Below are positions 49,386 through 58,842 of a stretch of DNA of 64,000 bases, one piece after another. The notes under the pieces are model-generated. The model was not told the DNA's origin. It worked only from the letters and a program-made list of their open reading frames with translations, and ran no database searches. Numbering within the stretch: position 1 is the stretch's first letter; each line of letters starts with the position of its first letter. A program made the translations under genes and the position numbers. This stretch comes from an uncultured Thiotrichales bacterium (GTDB taxonomy: Bacteria > Pseudomonadota > Gammaproteobacteria > UBA4575): NCBI GenBank assembly GCA_964614915.1, contig CAZTNC010000019.1:2091-66090 (forward strand), given 5' to 3'.

Positions 49386-51173
49386 CTAGCTGGCAAGCGC
49401 TGTATCCACATTGCGCTGCAGCCAAAGCTCAAGCAGGGCCAGATGCCATAACTTGCTGCCCTGGAGCGGGGTCATGTGCTGTTCCGGTTCGGCCAGCAGA
49501 CGCTCGACATGGGACGGCTGGAACAACCCGCGCTGGCGGCAGGCCCGAGAATGCAGCACTGCGCGCATGAATTCCACGAACTCACCGCGGATGTATTTCA
49601 GGGCGGGCACCGGGAAGTACCCCTTTTCGCGGTCGATGACCTGCGCCGGCAAAAAGTCCCGGGCAATCTGCTTCAGGACATGCTTGCCGCCTTGCGCCAG
49701 CTTGTGCTGCACGGGCATCTGCATGGCCAGTTCCACCAGTTCGTGATCCAGGAACGGCACCCGGGCCTCGAGCCCATGGGCCATGGTCATGTTGTCGACC
49801 CGTTTCACGGGGTCATCTACCACAAGGGTGGTGACATCCATGTGCAGCACGGCACGCACAAATTCCCGCGTGCCTGCCCGCCGCAGCAATCGCTGCACGG
49901 TCTGCGAGGTGAAATCCTCGCTGACCAGATCCGGGGGCAGCACCTCACGCATCTCGGCGTGGCTGCGGTCAAAATAGTGCTTGGCAAAACTCTCCGTGCT
50001 GAACGAGGCCTCGGCCTGCATTCTGGGATACCAGAAGTAGCCGCCGAAGACTTCATCGGCGCCCTGGCCGGACTGCACCACCGAGATGTGCTGGCTGACC
50101 TGCTCGGCCAGCAGGTAGAAGGCGATCGCATCCTGGCCCACCATGGGCTCGGCCATGTGTTCCACTGCCTCCGGCAGGCGCTCTAGCACTTCGTGGTTGT
50201 CGATGTGGATCTTGTGGTGGCGCGTGCCAAAGTGCTCGGCAACCGCATCCGAATATTCAAACTCGTTGCCGCGCTCCTCGGGCTGGTCCTCAAACCCCAC
50301 GGAATAGGTGCGCAGCTCGGGTACTCCGGACTCGGCCAAAAGACCCACCAGCAGGCTGGAGTCCAGGCCTCCTGACAACAGCACGCCCACCGGTACATCG
50401 GCCACGTGCAGGCGCTTTTCCACGGCTTCGCGCAGTGCGGCCTGAATGGCATGCTGCCATTCGCGCTCGGTTCTATGGGCTCCGGCGGAATCGGCCCGCA
50501 GCTGCCAGTAGGATTCCATCTCGGGTCTCCCGTGGGCTGGGATGCGCAGGGTGTGTCCTGGCGGCAGCTTTTTCAGCCCGCGCAGGATCGTACCGGGAGC
50601 CGGCACCACACCGTGCAGGCTCAGGTGGTGGTGCAGGCCGGGTGCATCGAGGCCGGTGTCCACCCCATGGGTGCGCAGCAGCGCCTGCGAGTTCGAGGCA
50701 AAGCGGAAAAAGCCCTTGCCCTGCGTGAAGTAGAGCGGCTTGACGCCCAGCCGGTCGCGAGCCAGGAACAGCTCCTCGGCCTGCACGTCCCAGATGGCAA
50801 AGGCAAACATCCCGGCCAGCTTTTCGACGCTGGATGGCCCCCACTGCGCATACGCCTTGAGGATAACCTCGGTATCTCCATGGGAGCGGAACGTGTGGCC
50901 CTGCGCGATCAGCTGCTCACGCAGCTGCGGGTAGTTGTAAATCGCGCCGTTGAAGACGATCGCACGCTGCGTGTCGGCATCGAACATCGGCTGGTTGGCC
51001 TTCGCCGAGAGGTCGATGACGGACAGGCGCCGATGGCCGAGACCGATCACCCCGGAAAAATAGTGGCCCTCGTGATCGGGCCCGCGACGCTGCAGGGTCT
51101 GCAACATGACATCGATCGTGCCCGGGTCCGGCGCGGTGCCGTCAAGGCGTAACTCGCCGCAAATTCCGCACAT
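49386..51173 (-). CDS. Asparagine-synthase-family glutamine amidotransferase (N-acetylglutaminylglutamine amidotransferase-like)
   Basis: 'MCGICGE', 'RRGPD', 'GHRRLSVIDLS', 'FNGAIYNY', 'LLSGGLDSS', 'DDPVKRVDNMTMAHGLEARVPFLD'. Confidence 0.85.
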   Translation of the reverse strand: MCGICGELRLDGTAPDPGTIDVMLQTLQRRGPDHEGHYFSGVIGLGHRRLSVIDLSAKANQPMFDADTQRAIVFNGAIYNYPQLREQLIAQGHTFRSHGDTEVILKAYAQWGPSSVEKLAGMFAFAIWDVQAEELFLARDRLGVKPLYFTQGKGFFRFASNSQALLRTHGVDTGLDAPGLHHHLSLHGVVPAPGTILRGLKKLPPGHTLRIPAHGRPEMESYWQLRADSAGAHRTEREWQHAIQAALREAVEKRLHVADVPVGVLLSGGLDSSLLVGLLAESGVPELRTYSVGFEDQPEERGNEFEYSDAVAEHFGTRHHKIHIDNHEVLERLPEAVEHMAEPMVGQDAIAFYLLAEQVSQHISVVQSGQGADEVFGGYFWYPRMQAEASFSTESFAKHYFDRSHAEMREVLPPDLVSEDFTSQTVQRLLRRAGTREFVRAVLHMDVTTLVVDDPVKRVDNMTMAHGLEARVPFLDHELVELAMQMPVQHKLAQGGKHVLKQIARDFLPAQVIDREKGYFPVPALKYIRGEFVEFMRAVLHSRACRQRGLFQPSHVERLLAEPEQHMTPLQGSKLWHLALLELWLQRNVDTALAS

Positions 51174-51179
51174 CAGGAT

Positions 51180-52715
51180 TCAGCTGGCAGGACCCCAGCC
51201 GCCACCGCCGGGCGACTCGATGCGAAGGCAGTCTCCGGCATGTACATCACGCCAGACCTTGCCCGGCATCGGTTTGCCATTCAGGAAATTCGCACCGGGT
51301 AGGGCCGCAGCCCCACCATGCAGCCCCCAGGGGCTGCGGGTGCGGCGCTCCGACAGGATCGTGAGCGTCGCGGGCTCAAGAAATTCGAGTTCCCGGACCA
51401 GCCCATCCCCGCCTGGGTGCCGGCCCGGGCCCCCCGAGCCTTTGCGGATGGCGTAACGCCGGATTCGCAACGGAAAATTGATCTCCAGTACTTCCACCGG
51501 GGTGTTTTGCGTGTTGGTCATGTGGGTCTGCACGGCCGACAGGCCGGGCGCATGTTTCGAGCCGCCCATGCCTCCGGCAATGGTTTCATAGTATCCCCAG
51601 GGCGTATCGCTCGAGCTGCCGAGGGCCAGATTGTTCATCGTGCCCTGGCTACAGGCCGGAATGGCATCGGGCAGTGCCTGGCCCAGAGCGCCGAGCACCG
51701 CATCGACGATGCGCGAACTAGTCTCCACGTTGCCAGCCGCCACCGCGGCCGGGCGCTTCGCATTCAGCAGGGAACCGGCAGGCGCCCTGAGCGTGAACGG
51801 AGCGAAACTGCCGGCGCATGCCGGGGTCTCATCCGGCATCAGGCACCGGAATACGTAAAACACTGCAGCCGCCGTTACCGACAGGGGGCAGTTGATGTTG
51901 CCCGCAACCTGCGCAGCCGTGCCGGTAAAGTCCACCTCGATGCAGTCATCGCCGACCTGCAGGGAAACACAAATGGCGAGATCGGTGCCGCCCTGCCCGT
52001 CATCGTCCATGTAGTCCGTGAACGTGTAGCTGCCGTTCGGAATCTTGGCAATCATGGAACAGGCGATCTGCCGGCCGTAGTCGTTGAGTTCGCCCAGTGC
52101 CTGCAGGAACTGCACCTCGCCGGTTTTCTCGACCAGTTCCTCGAGGCGCGCGATGCCGCGCCGGTTTGCGCTGCACTGCGCGGCCATGTCCCCCAGCGTG
52201 TCACGCAGGTTCCTGGCGTCCCTGAACAGCTCGGTGATCGCCTGCTGGTCGATTTCACCGCGGCGGCCGATCGCGGTCGGGGGGATCACCACACCCTCTT
52301 GCGAAAGGTCCGTGGACACGGGCATCGAGCCCGGGGTTTCCGCGCCGATGTCCGCATGGTGTGCCCGGTTGGCGACGAATCCCATCAGCCTTTCCCGGAT
52401 GAACACCGGGCAGACCACCGTCACGTCGGGCAAATGGGTGCCACCAAGATAGGGGTCATTCAGAGCCACGAAGTCGCCTGGTGCCCAGTTCCTTTGCGTG
52501 ACAATCTGCTGCATGGCATAGGCCATGCTGCCGAGATGCACTGGAATATGTGCGGCCTGTGCACACAGCCCGCCCTGTGCATCAAACACGGCGCAGGAGA
52601 AATCGAGGCGATCCCGGATATTCGGGGAGAAGGCCGCAAACCGCAGTTGTGCGCCCATCTCTTCGCACACCGCATCAATCCTGCGGGCGAAAATACTGAG
52701 CTCGATCGGGTTCAT
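51180..52715 (-). CDS. Hydantoinase B / oxoprolinase family protein
   Basis: 'FSPNIRDRLDFSCAVF', 'HIPVHLGSM', 'NDPYLGGTHLPD', 'HHAD', 'THMTNT.NTPVE'. Confidence 0.93.
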   Translation of the reverse strand: MNPIELSIFARRIDAVCEEMGAQLRFAAFSPNIRDRLDFSCAVFDAQGGLCAQAAHIPVHLGSMAYAMQQIVTQRNWAPGDFVALNDPYLGGTHLPDVTVVCPVFIRERLMGFVANRAHHADIGAETPGSMPVSTDLSQEGVVIPPTAIGRRGEIDQQAITELFRDARNLRDTLGDMAAQCSANRRGIARLEELVEKTGEVQFLQALGELNDYGRQIACSMIAKIPNGSYTFTDYMDDDGQGGTDLAICVSLQVGDDCIEVDFTGTAAQVAGNINCPLSVTAAAVFYVFRCLMPDETPACAGSFAPFTLRAPAGSLLNAKRPAAVAAGNVETSSRIVDAVLGALGQALPDAIPACSQGTMNNLALGSSSDTPWGYYETIAGGMGGSKHAPGLSAVQTHMTNTQNTPVEVLEINFPLRIRRYAIRKGSGGPGRHPGGDGLVRELEFLEPATLTILSERRTRSPWGLHGGAAALPGANFLNGKPMPGKVWRDVHAGDCLRIESPGGGGWGPAS

Positions 52716-52830
52716 GTGGCAGCTATAAATGGTTAAGTTTAGCGGGTGGATTCGTTATAATACCCATGCACAACAAGTCAAAACAGCAGTTTCGAACAGA
52801 CAGTGGAAAGCTTTTGAATAGGAGTATGGC

Positions 52831-53415
52831 ATGAACCCCCTGAATTCAATTACGGGCACGATCGTTGCGGGTGTCGTCCTTTCGATTTTGATCGGTCTTG
52901 GTTTTTCGCCTGCGATTGATCTGGTGGCATGGTCCCTGGCAGTCTGGCTACACGTCCTCGCCGGAATCGTCTGGATCGGTCTGCTGTACTACTTCAATTT
53001 CGTACAGGTCCCGGCCATGGGCGAGGCGACGGCGGACCAGTCCGGACCGGGTCCGGCCGCGATCGGAAAGTATGTGGCACCCCGTGCACTGCTGTGGTTT
53101 CGCTGGGCTGCGGTCGTCACCTGGCTGACAGGGGCCTGGGCTCTCGAGTATGTCGGTGGCTTTAACCAGAACTTCTTTGCAACCGAGGGAGTCACGACGA
53201 TCGGTGTCGGTGCCTGGCTGGGCACCATCATGATCTTCAATGTCTGGGTGCTGATCTGGCCCAACCAGAAAAAAGTGCTTGGCATGGTGCAGGCCAGCGA
53301 TGACGAAAAAGCCAAGGCCAAGCAGGTCGCCTTCATGGCCTCGCGAACCAATACCCTCCTTTCGATCCCCATGCTGGCATGCATGGTTGCAGCCGGTCAT
53401 GGTTTCTTTATCTAA
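52831..53415 (+). CDS. Urate hydroxylase PuuD-like membrane protein (DUF989)
   Basis: 'WLHVLAGIVWIGLLYYFNFVQ', 'ALLWFRWAA', 'NVWVLIWPNQKK', 'SRTNTLLSIPML'. Confidence 0.8.
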   Translation: MNPLNSITGTIVAGVVLSILIGLGFSPAIDLVAWSLAVWLHVLAGIVWIGLLYYFNFVQVPAMGEATADQSGPGPAAIGKYVAPRALLWFRWAAVVTWLTGAWALEYVGGFNQNFFATEGVTTIGVGAWLGTIMIFNVWVLIWPNQKKVLGMVQASDDEKAKAKQVAFMASRTNTLLSIPMLACMVAAGHGFFI

Positions 53416-53560
53416 GATAAGGCGAACTTCAGGTCGCGCCTGACCTGCAAGTTCGCACCCGGCCTTTACTGATCGCCAGACAAAAAGTGTGAACATGCAT
53501 TCCGGCGGCCCAGGTGGCTGCCGTTTTTATTTATATATTTGAAAGACAGTGTGACAGATC

Positions 53561-54775
53561 GTGATGGACAGTAAACATTTGATGAGCACCTATGCGCGCA
53601 AGCCGGTGGCGTTTGAGCGCGGAGACGGAGCTTGGCTGTATGCCGCAGACGGCGAGGACGAGCGCTATCTCGATGCACTGTCGGGGCTTGCAGTCTGTGG
53701 CCTGGGCCACGCGCACCCGGCCGTGAGCGCGGCCATTGCCGAGCAAAGTGCCAAGCTCATGCATACCTCCAATATCTACACCATCCCGTTGCAGGAAGAG
53801 CTGGCGGCACGGCTTTGCCGGGTATCGGGGCTGGATGCAGCCTTTTTCTGCAATTCCGGTGCCGAGGCCATCGAGGCCGCGATCAAGCTGGCCCGCCTGC
53901 ATGCACATGCCAAAAGCCAACCGGACGCGCGAATTATTGTCACCGAAAACAGCTTCCACGGGCGCACCCTGGCGGCACTGACGGCGACCGGCAACCCGGC
54001 GTTCCAGTCCGGATTCGAACCTTTGGTACCCGGTTTTGCACGTGTGCCCTTCAACGACCTGGAGGCCGTGCAGGCCGCTCTCGAGGAAAATCCGGGAGGT
54101 GCGGCCGTGCTGGTGGAGCCGATCCAGTGCGAGGGTGGAATCAACATCCCGGCCCCGGGCTACCTGTCCGGGTTGCGCGCCCTATGTGACCGCCACGGGG
54201 CCCTGCTGATCCTGGATGAAGTACAGACCGGCAACGGGCGCACCGGAAAGTGGTTCTGCTACCAGCACGAAGCCGTGCTCCCGGACATCACGGTCATGGC
54301 CAAGGGACTGGCAAATGGGGTGCCGATAGGGGCTTGCCTGGCTCGCCAGCCGGTGGCGGAATTGTTCTCGCCCGGAGCCCACGGCTCCACGTTTGGGGGA
54401 AATCCACTGGCCTGCCGGGCTGCGATCGCAACACTGGACACAATCGAGCAAAAGGACCTGTGTTCGCACGCGAGCGAACTGGGAGGCTACCTGCTTGACG
54501 CGCTTAAGACCCGGCTTTCGGACTGCTCCTGTGTCCGGGAAATTCGTGGCAAGGGCCTGATCCTCGCAATTGAATTAACGCAACCCTGCGCCTCGCTGGT
54601 CGACATGTGCCTAGAGCAGAAGCTGCTGATCAACGTGACCGCAGAGCGCGTCATCCGATTGCTGCCGCCCCTGATCCTGGAGCAGGACCAGGCCGATCGC
54701 CTCGTCGAGATCCTGGCCGGCTGCATCCTGCGTTTTGCCGAATCCGAGAAACCGGGCAACGGAGACCGAGCATGA
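53561..54775 (+). CDS. argD: Acetylornithine aminotransferase
   Basis: '[18 protein letters not shown]', 'FHGRT', 'DEVQTG', 'AKGLANG.PIGA', '[10 protein letters not shown]'; upstream of argF. Confidence 0.93.
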   Translation: MMDSKHLMSTYARKPVAFERGDGAWLYAADGEDERYLDALSGLAVCGLGHAHPAVSAAIAEQSAKLMHTSNIYTIPLQEELAARLCRVSGLDAAFFCNSGAEAIEAAIKLARLHAHAKSQPDARIIVTENSFHGRTLAALTATGNPAFQSGFEPLVPGFARVPFNDLEAVQAALEENPGGAAVLVEPIQCEGGINIPAPGYLSGLRALCDRHGALLILDEVQTGNGRTGKWFCYQHEAVLPDITVMAKGLANGVPIGACLARQPVAELFSPGAHGSTFGGNPLACRAAIATLDTIEQKDLCSHASELGGYLLDALKTRLSDCSCVREIRGKGLILAIELTQPCASLVDMCLEQKLLINVTAERVIRLLPPLILEQDQADRLVEILAGCILRFAESEKPGNGDRA

Positions 54776-55674
54776 GCACGCGCCACTTTCTCAGCCTCCT
54801 GGATCTTGCGCCGCAGACGTTGCAGGATCTGCTGGTGCGCGCGGTCGAGCTGAAGAAATGGCTGAGAGCCGGCAAGACCCATATCCCGCTGGCGCAAAAA
54901 ACGCTGGCCATGGTCTTCGACAAGTCCTCCACCCGCACCCGCGTGTCGTTCGAGACGGGCATGATTCAACTGGGCGGACAGGCGATGTTCCTGTCGCCCC
55001 GCGACACCCAGTTCGGCCGCGGCGAGCCCATCGAGGACAGTGCGCGGGTGCTGTCCCGAATGGTGGATGCGGTGCTGATCCGCACCTATGAACATGCCAA
55101 CGTCGAGACGTTCGCCGCACATTCCTCGGTGCCTGTCATCAATGGCCTCACCGACCGTTACCATCCGTGCCAGCTGCTGGCCGACATGCAGACCTGGCTA
55201 GAACACCGGGGCAGCATCCGTGGGGCCACGGTCGCCTGGGTGGGAGACGGCAACAACATGTGCCATTCCTACATCAATGCGGCGCGCCAGTTCGACTTCC
55301 AGCTGAACATTGCCTGCCCTGAAAAGTATTCTCCCAAGGCCTCCGTGCTGGAGCCCGCCGGAGATCGCATCCGTCTGATGGACGAGGCTGCGGCTGCGGT
55401 AGAGGGATCTGACCTCGTCGTCACCGACGTGTGGGCCAGCATGGGACAGGAGCAGGAAGCCGATGAACGCCTCGACGTGTTCAAGGCCTACCAGGTGAAC
55501 GAGTCCCTGATGGCACTGGCAAGCAAGGATGCGCTGTTCATGCACTGTCTGCCTGCACATCGGGATGAAGAGGTCACCGAAGGCGTCCTGAACGGCCCGC
55601 AAAGTGTGGTCTGGGACGAGGCGGAAAACCGCCTCCATGCGCAAAAGGCCCTGCTGGAAATGCTGATGGGCTGA
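54772..55674 (+). CDS. argF: Ornithine carbamoyltransferase
   Basis: '[12 protein letters not shown]', 'HPCQLLAD', 'TDVWASMG', 'FMHCLPAHR', 'AENRLH'. Confidence 0.97.
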   Translation: MSTRHFLSLLDLAPQTLQDLLVRAVELKKWLRAGKTHIPLAQKTLAMVFDKSSTRTRVSFETGMIQLGGQAMFLSPRDTQFGRGEPIEDSARVLSRMVDAVLIRTYEHANVETFAAHSSVPVINGLTDRYHPCQLLADMQTWLEHRGSIRGATVAWVGDGNNMCHSYINAARQFDFQLNIACPEKYSPKASVLEPAGDRIRLMDEAAAAVEGSDLVVTDVWASMGQEQEADERLDVFKAYQVNESLMALASKDALFMHCLPAHRDEEVTEGVLNGPQSVVWDEAENRLHAQKALLEMLMG

Positions 55675-55701
55675 TGCACCGGGCGCATCCGCCGCCTGGG
55701 A

Positions 55702-56691
55702 TCAGCGTTTTCTTGCAAGCACCAGCGAAAAATACTCGTCGCCGGGTGCAAAATGCATGTCTTCGGTGAGGGCACTCCCTTCGAGCAGGTGGCGAATGGA
55801 GGCACGGGTGTACTTTCGGCTGATTTCGGTCAGGATCGTCTCACCCGCCGCAATGTCCAGGGTCTCGTCGAGGCCTGCCAGCAGGACCTGCTGGGCCTGC
55901 CGGGCCACGAGGTACATCTCGATCTGTTCCCGGGCCTCCTGATAGACGGCGCGGTGTGAGAAGTTCTCGAGCCTGAAATTTCCTCCCAGGCGGGTGTTCA
56001 GCACCTGCAGCACGTTCAGGTTGAACTGGGCCGTGATGCCTTCGTCATCATCATAGGCCTGCTCGAGGACCTTCCTGTCCTTGACCCGGTCCAGGCCCAG
56101 CAAAAAGGCATCCCCGGGGCTCATGATCCCGGACACACCGGCGAGAAGCTCCATTGCCTCGGCTTCAGTGAAATTGCCGATCGAACTGCCGATGAAGACA
56201 AACAGTATCGGCCCGTCGAGCTTTGGCAGGGCTTGAAGGGCACCCAGATACTCGCCTGTCAGGGCTTCGATCTGCAATCGGGGATAGTGGTACAGCAGGC
56301 GTGCGGCGGACTCGATCAGCACCTCCTCGCAAACATCGATTGGCACATAGGTGAAGGGTTGTGAGTCGGCGGCAAGTTTGGAGAGCAGGATTTCTGTTTT
56401 CACCGAGGTTCCTGCACCCAGTTCCACGCAGGCCCGTGGTTGCACGGCCGCAATGATCTCGCCCGCATGCTGTTCGAGCAGCCCGGACTCGGTGCGGGTC
56501 AGGTAGTAGTGCCGGGTCTTGCAGATGGCATCGAACAGCCTTGAGCCGGCCTCGTCATAGAAGTACTTGGGCGGCAGGCTGCGCGGTGTGCACAGCATGC
56601 CCTTCAGCACGTCGTGCTTTAGGGTTTTCAGTTCATCCTGAGGGGATAACGCCTTGATCCGGAAGCGCTCACGGGGCAGGTCCATGTCCAT
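55702..56691 (-). CDS. egtD: L-histidine N-alpha-methyltransferase
   Basis: 'LPPKYFYDEAGSRLF', 'YYLTRTE', 'ELGAGTSVKT', 'GSSIGNF', 'AYDDDEGITAQFNLN', 'TEISRKY'. Confidence 0.92.
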   Translation of the reverse strand: MDMDLPRERFRIKALSPQDELKTLKHDVLKGMLCTPRSLPPKYFYDEAGSRLFDAICKTRHYYLTRTESGLLEQHAGEIIAAVQPRACVELGAGTSVKTEILLSKLAADSQPFTYVPIDVCEEVLIESAARLLYHYPRLQIEALTGEYLGALQALPKLDGPILFVFIGSSIGNFTEAEAMELLAGVSGIMSPGDAFLLGLDRVKDRKVLEQAYDDDEGITAQFNLNVLQVLNTRLGGNFRLENFSHRAVYQEAREQIEMYLVARQAQQVLLAGLDETLDIAAGETILTEISRKYTRASIRHLLEGSALTEDMHFAPGDEYFSLVLARKR

Positions 56692-56882
56692 TCGATATAC
56701 TCTCGGTTTCAGGGTAGCATTGCAAGCGGGAGCTGTCTGACCGGAGTGGACAGGCGGTGCCTGCAATGGGATACATGACCGGCCCCCGCCACCCGGTCCG
56801 TTCATGAGGAATCCACACGTTGCCGAGCATAAACGAAAGCCAGTAACGAACGTATCGCAGGGAGCCGCTATGAAATTAAGGT

Positions 56883-57737
56883 GTGGAAATGAAACCTGCC
56901 GCCCATAACGAGGATGCGCTGAAAGATATTTGGCACACCGTGCGGGCTGCCCTGAAAGAGGACATCGGACAGGGCGATGCGACGGCGTCGCTGTTCAACA
57001 CCGGGGAGCAGGCCCGGGCTGCGGTGATCTGCCGGGAGGAGGCGGTCCTGTGCGGTCAGGACTGGTTCAACGAGACCCTGCACCAGCTGGATACCGAGCT
57101 GCAGGTCGACTGGAAAATGCGGGACGGCGATGCCATCGAAAAAGATGCGACCGTGTGCACCATGGAAGGCTCGGCAAAGGTGATCCTCAGTGGGGAACGC
57201 ACTGCGCTGAACTTCCTAGCGACCCTGTCGGCGACGGCCACCTGCACCCGAAAATTCGTGGAGCGCATCTCGGGAACTTCCGCACAAATTCTGGACACCC
57301 GCAAAACCCTGCCGGGGATGCGCTATGCACAGAAATACGCCGTCCAGTGCGGTGGTGGCATGAACCACCGGATGGGATTGTACGACGCCATCCTCATCAA
57401 GGAGAATCACATCGCCACTGCAGGCTCGATTGGCAAGGCGGCGGGGCTGGCCAAAAAGCATTTCCCGGCGCTGAAAATTGAAATCGAGGTCGAGAACTGC
57501 GAGGAGCTTGAAGAGGCCCTGGAAACAGAGGTGGATACGATTTTGCTGGACAACTTCTCCCTGTCCGAACTGCAGGCGGCCGTGGCCCTGAACAAGGACC
57601 GCAAAAAACTGGAGGCTTCGGGGAGCATCAACCTGGACAATGTCCGCGAGGTGGCCAAGACCGGGGTGCAGTACATTTCCGTCGGAGCCATCACCAAGAA
57701 CATTCAGGCAGTGGATTTCTCCATGCGCTTCGAGTGA
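56883..57737 (+). CDS. nadC: Nicotinate-nucleotide pyrophosphorylase (carboxylating)
   Basis: 'EDIGQGD', 'ERTALNFL', 'DTRKTLPG', 'NHRMGLYD', 'EIEVE', 'LDNF', 'EASG'. Confidence 0.97.
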   Translation: MEMKPAAHNEDALKDIWHTVRAALKEDIGQGDATASLFNTGEQARAAVICREEAVLCGQDWFNETLHQLDTELQVDWKMRDGDAIEKDATVCTMEGSAKVILSGERTALNFLATLSATATCTRKFVERISGTSAQILDTRKTLPGMRYAQKYAVQCGGGMNHRMGLYDAILIKENHIATAGSIGKAAGLAKKHFPALKIEIEVENCEELEEALETEVDTILLDNFSLSELQAAVALNKDRKKLEASGSINLDNVREVAKTGVQYISVGAITKNIQAVDFSMRFE

Positions 57738-57755
57738 TGCTGCGGGACTGCCGGG

Positions 57756-58523
57756 TTATTTGAGTTTGGCGGCTTGCCAGGCCTGTTCCATTTCTTCCAT
57801 CGAGCAGTTCGCCAGACTCTTCCCCTGTTGCGCCATCTGCTGTTCGATGCTGCGGAAACGGTGCCGGAATTTCTCGTTGCTTTTGCGAAGCGCCTCCTCT
57901 GCGCTGATATTCAGGTGCCGGCCCAGATTGACTACTGAGAACAGCAGGTCTCCGAGCTCCTCTGTGAGACGGCCTTGCTCATCCTCCGCTGCAAGTACTT
58001 CCTCGAGTTCGGCGAGTTCCTCGGCAATTTTCGAGAGCACTGGCCGGGCTTCCTGCCAGTCAAAACCGACTGAAGCCGCGCGTTCTTGAATTTTCCAGGC
58101 GCGCAGCAGCTGCGGCAACGCATCCGGGATATCGTCCAGCAAGGTGCCCGAGCCCGGTTTCGCCCTGCGCTCCGCCTCCTTGATGTCATCCCAGGTCGCC
58201 CCATCAGGCGCGCCCTGCTCTTCAAAAATGTTGGGATGACGGCGAACCAGCTTGTCACTGATACTTCTTGCCACATCGTCGAGATCAAACAAATCCTGCT
58301 CCCTTGCCATTTGCGCATAGAAAACGATTTGCAGCAGCAAGTCCCCCAACTCCTCCCTGAGCAGCGGGAAATCCTGCTTGTCGATCGCCGCGGCCACCTC
58401 GTAGACCTCCTCGATGGTATAGGGGAGCAGCGAGGCGAAGGTCTGGCGGTTGTCCCAGGGGCAGCCACGCTCCGGATCGCGCAGCAGTTGCATGAGGTTG
58501 ACCAGTCGGTACAAGTTGTCCAT
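57756..58523 (-). CDS. mazG: Nucleoside triphosphate pyrophosphohydrolase
   Basis: 'LRDPERGCPWD', 'EEVYEV', 'EELGDLLLQIVF', 'KLVRRHP', second 'EELGDLLFS'. Confidence 0.96.
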   Translation of the reverse strand: MDNLYRLVNLMQLLRDPERGCPWDNRQTFASLLPYTIEEVYEVAAAIDKQDFPLLREELGDLLLQIVFYAQMAREQDLFDLDDVARSISDKLVRRHPNIFEEQGAPDGATWDDIKEAERRAKPGSGTLLDDIPDALPQLLRAWKIQERAASVGFDWQEARPVLSKIAEELAELEEVLAAEDEQGRLTEELGDLLFSVVNLGRHLNISAEEALRKSNEKFRHRFRSIEQQMAQQGKSLANCSMEEMEQAWQAAKLK

Positions 58524-58842
58524 GGCAATATCGTCTATCGGCTTGTCGGCATGGCAGTGTGTTCCATTCTTCGCACGGTTTCCAATAAAAATACAGAACC
58601 GTCCGCCAGTTTTGCGGTTACACGGTGAAATCCGGCATTCCTGCACAACAAACGCGCAATTCCCGATGTATGCATGTCTCTTTAGGGATAGGAATACGGC
58701 AAACGCGCGGATAAAAAATTTTTAAGACTTATATATTTACATTCACGATGTATAATTAGCGGTTCTGACTTTTGTTTTCGGTGACCCTCACCAGTATCAC
58801 CGGACTCTATACACATTTACTGAATTTACAGGGAAATTTGAG

